A stretch of DNA of 35,668 nucleotides from a virus (taxonomy: Duplodnaviria; Caudoviricetes): IMG/VR virus record IMGVR_UViG_3300026187_000042, positions 1 to 35,668 of that record; one strand, 5' to 3'. Every line of letters starts with the position of its first letter. Position 1 is the stretch's first letter. This document shows positions 8,881 through 16,966 of the stretch, one piece after another. The notes under the pieces are model-generated. The model did not search any database. It was not told the origin of the DNA and worked only from the letters and a program-made list of their open reading frames with translations. The position numbers were made by a program, and so were the translations under genes.

Positions 8881-9486
8881 ATGGCACAGGGAAAAAAAAC
8901 ATTTATTTTTTATTCAGATTGGATTAATATGGTCCGTGAAATGCCTGATAAAGATGCCGGTGCATTGTTGAAACATATTTTAAGCTATGTTAATGACGAA
9001 AACCCACAAACAGACAATCTATTAGTTAAAATGGCTTTTGGACATATGAAACCATTGTTAAAATGCGATTTGGATAAATGGGAAGTTATTAGAAATAAAA
9101 GAAAAATTGCGGGTAAAAAAGGTGGTCAAGCAAATGCTAAGCAAAAGGAAGCAAATGCTAAGCAAACCGAAGCCGTAAATGATAATGTAAATGTAAATGA
9201 TAATGGTAATGTAAATGAAAATAATAATAAGGGTGTTCCAACCTTTGATTTATTCTTATCTCACGCAAAAGAAAAAGCACAAAGAAAAAATATTATTTTA
9301 GACGAAAAAAAGGTTAAACAAAAATTTGAAAGTTGGTTGGAGAATGGTTGGAAAGATTTAAATGAAAGACCAATAAAAAATTGGAAGGTAAAGATTACAT
9401 CTAATTTGCTATATTGGGAAAAAAATAAATCGGTTTTAACTGATGATGGATCAAAGAGAAATAACTATTTAAAAGATGTGCTATGA
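8881..9486 (+). CDS. Replication initiator-like protein (DUF6291-type N-terminus)
   Basis: KKTFIFYSDW N-terminus, AGKKGG, repeat linker, C-terminal NGWKD...IKNWK; directly upstream of the primase-helicase. Confidence 0.75.
   Translation: MAQGKKTFIFYSDWINMVREMPDKDAGALLKHILSYVNDENPQTDNLLVKMAFGHMKPLLKCDLDKWEVIRNKRKIAGKKGGQANAKQKEANAKQTEAVNDNVNVNDNGNVNENNNKGVPTFDLFLSHAKEKAQRKNIILDEKKVKQKFESWLENGWKDLNERPIKNWKVKITSNLLYWEKNKSVLTDDGSKRNNYLKDVL
9128..9230. repeat. Putative replication origin (iteron-like repeats plus AT-rich hexamer run) inside the initiator gene
   Basis: AAGCAAATGCTAAGCAAA at 9128-9145 and 9149-9166, then GAAGCCG and degenerate (TAAATG)n. Confidence 0.6.
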
Positions 9487-11279
9487 ACAAATTTATTGAT
9501 TGGGAGAAATTAGAATTTAAAAAAACATCGGGAAGGGAAAAATTAAGATGCCCAAATTGTGATGAAATTAGAACAGATAAAAAAGATAAGGCATTAGTCA
9601 TATATCACAATGATGGTGTTGGAAAATGTTTTTATTGCGAATCATTAACATTTCGTGATTCAGGTGAAACAGATTATTCACAAAAGCAATATAACATTCC
9701 ATCACAAAGTTGGAAAAATTACACACAGCTTTCAGATAAATTAATTAAATGGGTTGAGGAAAGCCGAAAGATTAGCCAAAGTGCATTGATTGATTTAGGG
9801 GTTACTGAAGAAGTATTTTACCAACCAAAACACAAGAAAGAAATTAACAATATTGTGTTTAATTATTTTGAGGGTGAAAAATTAGTGAACAAGAAATACC
9901 GGTCAGCTGATAAATCATTTACGCAAACGCAAGGTGGTAAACCAATATTCTATAACATAAATTCCGTTATTGGTCAGGATGAAGTTTATATTGTTGAAGG
10001 TGAATTTGATGTTTTGGCTTTGCGTTCACACGGGATCAAAAACGTAATAAGCGTTCCAAATGGCGCAAATGATAATGACGAATATTGGAAGAATTCGGAA
10101 AAGTATTTAAAGGATATTCAAAAATTTATAATTGCAGTTGATAATGATGAAAAAGGTAAAGCATTAAAAGAAAAAATTGCACAGCGTTTGGGAAGATGGC
10201 GTTGTGATTATATCAATTGGTCAGAAAAAGATGCCAATGGTTCACTAATTGCCAAAAAGATTGATTTTGATTTATCAAATAGAAAAAAATTTCCTGTAAG
10301 TGGTACGTTCACATCACTTGATTTAAAAGATGGAATATTTGATTTATACAATAACGGTTTACCGGAAACAATTTATCCAAAAAACAGTTGTTTTGGCAAT
10401 TTTAAGAAGATATTTTCAATTATGCGTGGTCAATTAACCGTTGTCACAGGAATACCATCACACGGTAAATCTTCATTTGCTGAATGGCTTTCTTTAAACT
10501 TGATTAATGATTATGATTCAAAACTTTCAATGTTTTCACCTGAACATTCACCAATGCCATTGCATCAAACAACTTTAATTCAAAAAGCCGTTGGTAAGCC
10601 ATTTTGGAAAGAAATAGATGGCAGAGCAAGAATAACACCAAACGACATTGAAAGATATATAAATTGGTCAAAGGAAAAGATTTATATTACATCACCTGAT
10701 AAAAATGATGCGCCAACGTGGGATTGGATATTTGAAAAATTTAAAGAACAGATGTTTGCTTTTGGGATTGATATTTTTATTATTGATGCGTTTAATAAGG
10801 TACTATTACCAAGTGGAAACAAAAAAGATAGTATTGATGAGGTTTTAACCCGTTTAACAGCTTTTGCACAGCAGAACAATGTAAGCGTTTGTTTAGTTGC
10901 ACATCCAACCAAAATGCAAAAGGATGAAAAAGGGAATACAAGAATCCCAAATTTATATGATGTAAGCGGCTCGGCAGATTTTAGAAATCAAACGCATAAT
11001 GGTTATGCAATCCACAGATTTTTTGAATCAGAAAACCAAGAACCATTCACAAGATTTGTAAACCTAAAAACTAAATTTCAATTTCAAGGTGAAATAGGTG
11101 GCAACATAGATTTTTTATATGATCTTCCAACCGGTAGATTTTACGCAAAAGGTCAACCAATACCAACATTTGATATGACATTATCAGATGAAGTTTTTGA
11201 ACAATCAGAAATTAAATCACTAAGCCCAAATGAAGATTTTGATTGGATAAATGAACCTTCCAACGAGATAAATTTTTAA
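9483..11279 (+). CDS. Primase-helicase (T7 gp4/Twinkle-like)
   Basis: Zn finger CPNC...CFYC, TOPRIM VEGEFD and DND, Walker A GIPSHGKS, IIDAFN, LVAHPTK, YDVSGSADF. Confidence 0.93.
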   Translation: MNKFIDWEKLEFKKTSGREKLRCPNCDEIRTDKKDKALVIYHNDGVGKCFYCESLTFRDSGETDYSQKQYNIPSQSWKNYTQLSDKLIKWVEESRKISQSALIDLGVTEEVFYQPKHKKEINNIVFNYFEGEKLVNKKYRSADKSFTQTQGGKPIFYNINSVIGQDEVYIVEGEFDVLALRSHGIKNVISVPNGANDNDEYWKNSEKYLKDIQKFIIAVDNDEKGKALKEKIAQRLGRWRCDYINWSEKDANGSLIAKKIDFDLSNRKKFPVSGTFTSLDLKDGIFDLYNNGLPETIYPKNSCFGNFKKIFSIMRGQLTVVTGIPSHGKSSFAEWLSLNLINDYDSKLSMFSPEHSPMPLHQTTLIQKAVGKPFWKEIDGRARITPNDIERYINWSKEKIYITSPDKNDAPTWDWIFEKFKEQMFAFGIDIFIIDAFNKVLLPSGNKKDSIDEVLTRLTAFAQQNNVSVCLVAHPTKMQKDEKGNTRIPNLYDVSGSADFRNQTHNGYAIHRFFESENQEPFTRFVNLKTKFQFQGEIGGNIDFLYDLPTGRFYAKGQPIPTFDMTLSDEVFEQSEIKSLSPNEDFDWINEPSNEINF

Positions 11280-11305
11280 AAAAATTAAAAAAAAATATTT
11301 TTTTT

Positions 11306-11338
11306 GCTGTTTATTAATATATTTTCTATATATTTGTA
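11306..11338 (+). promoter_or_regulatory. Early promoter
   Basis: TATATTTG at 11329-11336; near copy of 5514-5546. Confidence 0.8.
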
Positions 11339-11364
11339 TCAGTTAAACATTAAAAAAAAAACAA

Positions 11365-11634
11365 ATGGAACTTTTAAAAGCAATAGAAAAAACAGAAGTT
11401 AAAAAAGGTTGTGTAAATGCTTTAATAGAAGTATATAAAACAGTAAAAAGAAATGTAAAACATTCAAGCGCAGATAAAAGAGCAGGTAAGTGGGTTGCTG
11501 ATGTTTATTCTGATGTCGCTTTTATTACAGTTAATGGCAATACTGAATATTTCTGCCATATTTCAAACGGAATAAAAGAGGCTATCGACTTATTTAATGA
11601 TGGGGAGTTTAAAAAATATTTACCTAAACTATAA
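11365..11634 (+). CDS. Hypothetical protein
   Basis: 89 aa; first gene after the promoter; A-rich leader. Confidence 0.65.
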   Translation: MELLKAIEKTEVKKGCVNALIEVYKTVKRNVKHSSADKRAGKWVADVYSDVAFITVNGNTEYFCHISNGIKEAIDLFNDGEFKKYLPKL

Positions 11635-11636
11635 AA

Positions 11637-11699
11637 ATGAAAAGTAGACCAAAAGACGAATGGGATTTAATTTTAGATGAATTGAATAATAAAATTTAA
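11637..11699 (+). CDS. Possible 20-aa micro-ORF (MKSRPKDEWDLILDELNNKI)
   Basis: ATG 2 nt after the upstream stop; fills the gap; may be a remnant. Confidence 0.35.
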   Translation: MKSRPKDEWDLILDELNNKI

Positions 11700-11722
11700 C
11701 GGTCACAGATAAAAAAAAGATT

Positions 11723-11941
11723 ATGACACCGAAAGAAAAAGCAAATGAATTAGTAGGATCATTTATAGACTATGTTCCTGATGTTGAAAATTATAAAGAA
11801 ATTCAACAACATTGTGCATTGATTTGTATTAATGAGATACTAAGCGACACACGAAATCCTTTGGTTTATGAAGCTGAAAGTGATTTTTATAAATATTGGG
11901 AACAAGTAAAATATGAAGTTTCTGTATTGTATATAAAATAA
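11723..11941 (+). CDS. Hypothetical protein (MTPKEKANEL type)
   Basis: 72 aa; A-rich leader. Confidence 0.7.
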   Translation: MTPKEKANELVGSFIDYVPDVENYKEIQQHCALICINEILSDTRNPLVYEAESDFYKYWEQVKYEVSVLYIK

Positions 11942-11977
11942 ATGTGTTTTTAATAACGATTAACTAAAAACAAGATT

Positions 11978-12451
11978 ATGAAAACAATTATTGTAATGCT
12001 GATGACTATGGTTGTAAACTATAGCACAGTAAAAATTAAAAAATATCCATTCATTCAACTTGACAGAGCAACAACATATTATTGCAATGTCAGGCAATGT
12101 GATAATAATCCCTTCACAACAGCAGATGGATCAGTAATTGATCCGATCAAATTAAAAAACAAGGAAATCAGGTGGTGTGCTTTGAGTAGGGATTTAATAT
12201 GGAATGAATACCGGCAGACAATACATAAACAAGGTTTTAGGGGTTTATTTGAATTTGGTGACACAATAGTAGTTAAATCAAATTCAAAGCCGCAAATCAA
12301 CGGAAAATGGGTTGTTCACGATACAATGAACAAACGTTATACAAATTCAATTGATTTCTTAATTCATCCTGACAATAACAACCCAAAGTTAGGCGTTTGT
12401 GAGGATGTGAAAATATTGAAGCCTAATTATTCAGCTTATTATTGTAAATAA
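11978..12451 (+). CDS. 3D-domain (MltA/RlpA double-psi barrel-like) protein with hydrophobic N-terminus
   Basis: ATTYY...TADGS...CALSRD...FGDTIVV...VVHDTMNKRYTNSIDFL. Confidence 0.7.
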   Translation: MKTIIVMLMTMVVNYSTVKIKKYPFIQLDRATTYYCNVRQCDNNPFTTADGSVIDPIKLKNKEIRWCALSRDLIWNEYRQTIHKQGFRGLFEFGDTIVVKSNSKPQINGKWVVHDTMNKRYTNSIDFLIHPDNNNPKLGVCEDVKILKPNYSAYYCK

Positions 12452-12454
12452 AAG

Positions 12455-12514
12455 ATGAGTGATACTAAAACTGAATTTATAGAAAAGAGATTAAAACAAA
12501 ACAAAGATGAGTAA
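12455..12514 (+). CDS. Micro-ORF, 19 aa (MSDTKTEFIEKRLKQNKDE)
   Basis: Hand translation; ends in the conserved junction repeat. Confidence 0.4.
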   Translation: MSDTKTEFIEKRLKQNKDE

Positions 12515-12635
12515 AGATATACATTATGAATTTTGGCTATTAATGATTCCTTATTATTGTGAAAAATGGTTAAATGGGGTTGGTTATGATGAGTTAATGA
12601 AAGAATATAAACTAAACCAAAACAAAGATGAGTGA
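12507..12635 (+). CDS. Micro-ORF, 42 aa (MSKDIHYEFW...LNQNKDE)
   Basis: Hand translation; starts in one junction repeat and ends at the next. Confidence 0.6.
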   Translation: MSKDIHYEFWLLMIPYYCEKWLNGVGYDELMKEYKLNQNKDE

Positions 12636-12780
12636 CGATTACACCAAAGGACAGGAAGAACTGATACTACACATCAAACGCAAAATCAGTAAAATATTAG
12701 ACAACTCAGAAGGGTATGACATTTTATTTGACATAACTGACTTACTGAAAACGTTGAAACCAATACCAAAACAAAGATGA
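12628..12780 (+). CDS. Micro-ORF, 50 aa (MSDDYTKGQEELI...PIPKQR)
   Basis: Hand translation; starts and ends in junction repeats. Confidence 0.65.
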   Translation: MSDDYTKGQEELILHIKRKISKILDNSEGYDILFDITDLLKTLKPIPKQR

Positions 12781-12878
12781 AAAAGTGGTTTGAAATAAAT
12801 TTAGGTTGGTTCTTGATCAACGGAAGAAAGCAACAACAATGGAGTAAATATTTGAAAAAGAAATATAAAATAAAATAA
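12777..12878 (+). CDS. Micro-ORF, 33 aa (MKKWFEINLGWFLINGRKQQQWSKYLKKKYKIK)
   Basis: Hand translation; ATGA overlap with the previous ORF. Confidence 0.6.
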   Translation: MKKWFEINLGWFLINGRKQQQWSKYLKKKYKIK

Positions 12879-12885
12879 ATAAATT

Positions 12886-13116
12886 ATGTACACAATTAAC
12901 GATATTGAAAAAATCCTAAACTTTAAAACGTGGGATGATAAAAAGAAAATTGATGAATTGCTCAGAATAGATGCAAGAATTTACGCTCATCAAGGTATTG
13001 ATTCAACAAAAGCAGAAAAAGAGGAAAACAAAATAAACAGCCGGAAAATTTACAGAGCGATAAAAGAAATTGACAAACCTTTAGGTGATTCTTTTTTGCA
13101 ATTAATGGATAAATAA
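12886..13116 (+). CDS. Hypothetical protein
   Basis: 76-aa ORF. Confidence 0.7.
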   Translation: MYTINDIEKILNFKTWDDKKKIDELLRIDARIYAHQGIDSTKAEKEENKINSRKIYRAIKEIDKPLGDSFLQLMDK

Positions 13117-13149
13117 ATAATTTATATTATTTTTATACAAAATTAGCAA

Positions 13150-14310
13150 ATGAGAAATTCAAGGTATTATAAATATTTTGATAAAATCAAAGAAGGTCTG
13201 CAATTAGGCAAAACAAGTGGTGAAATTGTAAGAACTATTTTAGGGTTTAATGATGATTCATTTAGAAAATACATCTATAGAAATAAAGATGAAATATTAG
13301 GTTTAAACGAAGGAATAAGAAATGCAGCAGAAGGGTTTGATGTTGATTGGAAAGCAATAAAACACCTATGGGTAAAAGATAAAAATTCATCTGCATTTGT
13401 AAAAAACCCAAATTACGTTGAACCTGAATTAATTAGATTTGAGGAATTAAAAAATGAATTGCTTGAAGATTTAAAAAACTATTCCCCAACATTCCCAACA
13501 ATAAAAAGAATTCAAGACAATGATTCTTACTGTTTAGTTATTGATCCGGCAGACGTTCACATTGGTAAATTATGTTCATCTTTTGAAACAGGAACAGATT
13601 ATAATCAGCAAATTGCTGTTAAAAGGGTTTTAGATGGCGTTAATGGGATCATAAACAAATCAAGAGGGTTTACCATTGATAAGATTATTTTTATTGGTGG
13701 AAACGATATATTACACACAGATACACCAAAAAGAACAACAACAAGTGGAACACCACAAGACACGGATGGAATGTGGTATGAAAATTTCTTAATGGCTAAA
13801 CAACTTTATATTGATGTAATTGAATTATTGTTGTCAATTGCTGATGTACATTTTGTTTTTAACCCATCAAATCACGATTATACAAATGGGTTTTTCCTTG
13901 CCGATGTCATTGCTACATATTTTAGAAATTGTGAGAATATCACCTTTGATGTTAGTATTGCACACAGAAAATACACAATGTATGGAAACAGTTTAATTGG
14001 AACAACACACGGTGATGGTGCAAAGCAAATTGATTTAGGAATGTTGATGAGTGTGGAAGCCAAAGATATGTGGTCAAAAGCAAAACACAGGTATTTTTAT
14101 ACGCACCACGTTCACCATAAAACAGCAAAAGATTTAATAAATGTAACAGTTGAAAGTTTACGTTCACCATCTCCGGCAGATAGTTGGCATCACAGAAACG
14201 GTTATCAACATTCACCTGAAGCAATAGAAGGTTTTATCCATTCAAAAGAACACGGGCAAATCGCACGTTTAACACATATTTTTAGCTTATTATTTATTAT
14301 ATTCATATAA
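13150..14310 (+). CDS. Calcineurin-like metallophosphoesterase with N-terminal extension
   Basis: DVHIG, GNDILH, SNHD, HGD, HHVHH metal-binding motifs. Confidence 0.85.
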   Translation: MRNSRYYKYFDKIKEGLQLGKTSGEIVRTILGFNDDSFRKYIYRNKDEILGLNEGIRNAAEGFDVDWKAIKHLWVKDKNSSAFVKNPNYVEPELIRFEELKNELLEDLKNYSPTFPTIKRIQDNDSYCLVIDPADVHIGKLCSSFETGTDYNQQIAVKRVLDGVNGIINKSRGFTIDKIIFIGGNDILHTDTPKRTTTSGTPQDTDGMWYENFLMAKQLYIDVIELLLSIADVHFVFNPSNHDYTNGFFLADVIATYFRNCENITFDVSIAHRKYTMYGNSLIGTTHGDGAKQIDLGMLMSVEAKDMWSKAKHRYFYTHHVHHKTAKDLINVTVESLRSPSPADSWHHRNGYQHSPEAIEGFIHSKEHGQIARLTHIFSLLFIIFI

Positions 14311-14351
14311 TGATAGGTATTTATAAAATAACAAGTCCAAATAACGTTTAA
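14310..14351 (+). pseudogene. N-terminal stub of a GIY-YIG endonuclease (MIGIYKITSPNNV*)
   Basis: TAATG-coupled start; GIYKITSP is the typical start of phage GIY-YIG homing endonucleases; truncated before YIG. Confidence 0.7.
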
Positions 14352-14371
14352 CACACATATTTTAAAAAGCT

Positions 14372-14659
14372 ATGAAAGACGAAAAACTATTATTATTTAG
14401 TTTATTTTTAACATCTGCATTGGCAGATACATTAGATGATATTTCAAACCAAAATTATTTTGTTAAAGATTTTAAAAAAAAAACGAATCAATATAGAGAA
14501 TTTTTAAAAAATAAAACATTTAAATTGTTAAATGATTCATACGAAATTGATCCTGAATTTTTTGAATTAATTGATACATCTGTTACAAATGCAGCTATTG
14601 AATCAGCTAATGAAACATTTAAATGTCTTTTTGAATTAGATAATATTAAAAAAAAATAA
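14372..14659 (+). CDS. Hypothetical protein
   Basis: 95 aa; AAAAAGCTATG leader. Confidence 0.65.
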   Translation: MKDEKLLLFSLFLTSALADTLDDISNQNYFVKDFKKKTNQYREFLKNKTFKLLNDSYEIDPEFFELIDTSVTNAAIESANETFKCLFELDNIKKK

Positions 14660-14911
14660 ATGAATTGGATTGATGTAAAACAAATGATGCCTGACAACAA
14701 TGGCGTTTGTATTTGTTATCAACCAATAACAGCAGAAGATCAAATTAAAGCGATATTAAATGATGAAGAAATGTTTAATGAAAATGACGGTATAATGTGT
14801 TGTATTTATTTAAATGGATTGTTTATGATGCCATCATTAACATCAAATGAATTTATTGTTTGTGATAATGTGACTCATTGGATGCCAATGCCATTTCCTC
14901 CAAAAAATTAA
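14660..14911 (+). CDS. DUF551-like protein
   Basis: MNWIDVKQMMP ... VTHWMPMPFPP signature. Confidence 0.85.
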   Translation: MNWIDVKQMMPDNNGVCICYQPITAEDQIKAILNDEEMFNENDGIMCCIYLNGLFMMPSLTSNEFIVCDNVTHWMPMPFPPKN

Positions 14912-14913
14912 TT

Positions 14914-15108
14914 ATGGTAAAAGATACAATTGTTAAATCAGTTCTTGATAAATATAAACAACGGTCAGAGGTTGGAATAAAAAAATACAACCAAACAATG
15001 GATAGAGATGATTTAAATTTATTAGATTGGTTAACGCATCTTCAGGAAGAATTAATGGATGCAACATTGTATGTTGAGAAATTAAAACAAGAATTCAAAA
15101 AAAAATAA
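14914..15108 (+). CDS. Small all-alpha NTP-pyrophosphatase (MazG-like) fold protein
   Basis: RSEVGIKKY...WLTHLQEELMDATLY; start moved to ATG 14914, just after the upstream stop. Confidence 0.55.
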   Translation: MVKDTIVKSVLDKYKQRSEVGIKKYNQTMDRDDLNLLDWLTHLQEELMDATLYVEKLKQEFKKK

Positions 15109-15109
15109 T

Positions 15110-15117
15110 TATATTTG
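15110..15117 (+). promoter_or_regulatory. Promoter of the packaging operon
   Basis: TATATTTG ending 6 nt before ATG 15124. Confidence 0.6.
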
Positions 15118-15123
15118 CTTATT

Positions 15124-15270
15124 ATGAATAAAACAATGATTTTTATTTCCAAGTATTTTTTAACACCAATAGGTGTTGCAATAGGTATTCCTTTTGTTGT
15201 TGTAGGCTTTATTTCAGGTCTATTATTTAGCGCAGCAAAGCAAGGTTTCAAATTGACAAGTGAATTGTAA
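15124..15270 (+). CDS. Small membrane protein (48 aa)
   Basis: Hand translation MNKTMIFISKYFLTPIGVAIGIPFVVVGFISGLLFSAAKQGFKLTSEL; glycine-patterned hydrophobic stretch. Confidence 0.65.
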   Translation: MNKTMIFISKYFLTPIGVAIGIPFVVVGFISGLLFSAAKQGFKLTSEL

Positions 15271-15290
15271 AAATTAAAGTACCAACAAGA

Positions 15291-15578
15291 ATGGCTGATA
15301 AATCAAAAATGAAATGTAACCAACCTATGAAATCAGATAGGAAAGGGAAAAAAAGGATGGTAAAAGCCTGTTCAGGTGGTACTGAAAAATTAATACATTA
15401 CGGTTCAGAAGGTTATGGTCACAACTATTCTGATGCAGCAAGAAAATCATTCAGAGCAAGACATAACTGTGATCAAGCAAAAGATAAATTGACAGCAAGA
15501 TATTGGGCGTGTAAAGATTTATGGTCAGCAAGTAGTACAAAGAAAAGCAGCCCAAGAAGTGTTCAGGGTAAATATTAA
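15291..15578 (+). CDS. Basic phage protein (DUF6321-like)
   Basis: KLIHYG...RKSFRARHNC...ARYWACK motif. Confidence 0.6.
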   Translation: MADKSKMKCNQPMKSDRKGKKRMVKACSGGTEKLIHYGSEGYGHNYSDAARKSFRARHNCDQAKDKLTARYWACKDLWSASSTKKSSPRSVQGKY

Positions 15579-15581
15579 ATT

Positions 15582-15725
15582 ATGCCGTCAATAAAATGCG
15601 CAAACGGTAAGTGGAAATGGGGTGAGCGTGGGAAATGTATGTTTGACACAAAACAACAAGCAGATAAAGCCGGTGTTGCTATATCCATACAAAAAGCTAA
15701 GAAGTACAATAAAAAAATGCTATAA
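15582..15725 (+). CDS. Small basic protein (47 aa, MPSIKCANGKWKWGERGKCMFDTKQQA...)
   Basis: Hand translation; fills the gap with 3-nt spacers on both sides. Confidence 0.7.
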   Translation: MPSIKCANGKWKWGERGKCMFDTKQQADKAGVAISIQKAKKYNKKML

Positions 15726-15728
15726 ATT

Positions 15729-16955
15729 ATGAAAACCGAAATGCTTAAGATTACCGAGATTCAAAAGAATCCCGATAACCCACGATTGATTAAAGACAGT
15801 AAATTTGAAAAATTGGTTCAATCAATTAAAGAATTCCCTGAAATGCTTAATTTAAGACCAATTGTTGTGAACAATGAAATGATTGTTTTAGGTGGCAATA
15901 TGCGATTATCAGCTTGTAAAGAAGCCGGATTAAAAAAAGTGCCAATTATCAAAGCAGACGATTTAACGGAAAAACAACAAAAAGAATTTATTATTAAAGA
16001 TAATGTTTCATTCGGTGAATGGGATTGGGATATGTTGGCAAATGAATGGGAAGTAACAGAATTAGGTGATTGGGGATTAGAAGGGTTTCCTTTTGATGCA
16101 GAAATAGAACTTGAAGCGGAAGAAGATGATTTTGAAGTGACGGAGGGTGGAATTAAAACCAACATTGTATTAGGCGATTTAATAGAGATAGGAAAACATA
16201 GATTGCTTTGTGGAGACTCTACGGATAGTGATCAGGTGGCTAAGTTGATGAATGGGAAGAAGGCTGATATGGCTTTTACTTCTCCTCCATATAATGCAAA
16301 TACAAAATCAGGTCAAGGAGATATATTTAACAGAAAGAAGAGTGTTAAATTATACTCTGAGGGTTATTCAGATAATTTAGCTAGTTCAGATTATGTAGAT
16401 TTTGCTACAAGTGTATTAGACAACTGCTTTTTGTTTACTGATGGTTTCATATTTTGGAATGTAAGTTATAATGCTAATAGCAGATTTGAATACATTCAGC
16501 AGATTCAAAATCATTTACAATTCTTGATAGAGCAAATTTGTTGGAAGAAATCATCTACTATTCCATTTAAGGGATCATTGATGCGTGATTGGGAACCTAT
16601 ATATGTATTCTCAACAAATGGAAATATGTTAGGTTTAGATTCTGTAAGCAGTAATCATTGGGAAGTAAACAATACTAATTCTCAGCAAGAAAATCACAAG
16701 GCTTGTTTCCCTGTTGAATTGCCTTTCAAAGCCATTAACTTAAAAGAGGAATTCAAACTTATGTTTGAGCCATTCTTAGGCTCAGGCTCAACAATGATAG
16801 CAGCACATCAACTTAAACGTAAATGCTACGGTATGGAATTAGATCCTAAGTATTGTCAAGTAATAATAGATAGAATGATAAACCTAGAGCCACTTATAGA
16901 TGTTAAGATAAATGGAGAGCCGTATTATAATCACGACATAAACAAACAGGCGTAA
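15729..16955 (+). CDS. ParB-N domain fused to a beta-class N4-C/N6-A DNA methyltransferase
   Basis: NPDNPR...GGNMRL (ParB/Srx), HRLLCGDS, catalytic TSPPY, HKACFP, SAM-binding EPFLGSGST, GMELDPKY. Confidence 0.9.
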   Translation: MKTEMLKITEIQKNPDNPRLIKDSKFEKLVQSIKEFPEMLNLRPIVVNNEMIVLGGNMRLSACKEAGLKKVPIIKADDLTEKQQKEFIIKDNVSFGEWDWDMLANEWEVTELGDWGLEGFPFDAEIELEAEEDDFEVTEGGIKTNIVLGDLIEIGKHRLLCGDSTDSDQVAKLMNGKKADMAFTSPPYNANTKSGQGDIFNRKKSVKLYSEGYSDNLASSDYVDFATSVLDNCFLFTDGFIFWNVSYNANSRFEYIQQIQNHLQFLIEQICWKKSSTIPFKGSLMRDWEPIYVFSTNGNMLGLDSVSSNHWEVNNTNSQQENHKACFPVELPFKAINLKEEFKLMFEPFLGSGSTMIAAHQLKRKCYGMELDPKYCQVIIDRMINLEPLIDVKINGEPYYNHDINKQA

Positions 16956-16966
16956 AACATTGCAAA

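Larger units (their letters stand above)
12497..12780 (+). repeat. Three exact copies of the 14-bp gene junction CAAAACAAAGATGA
   Basis: At 12497-12510, 12618-12631 and 12767-12780; partial AAAGATGAGT at 12451-12460. Confidence 0.85.

Noticed and set aside
12451-12780. CRISPR array
   Set aside because: The repeat is only 14 bp and non-palindromic, the spacers are over 100 bp, unequal and coding, and there are no cas genes.
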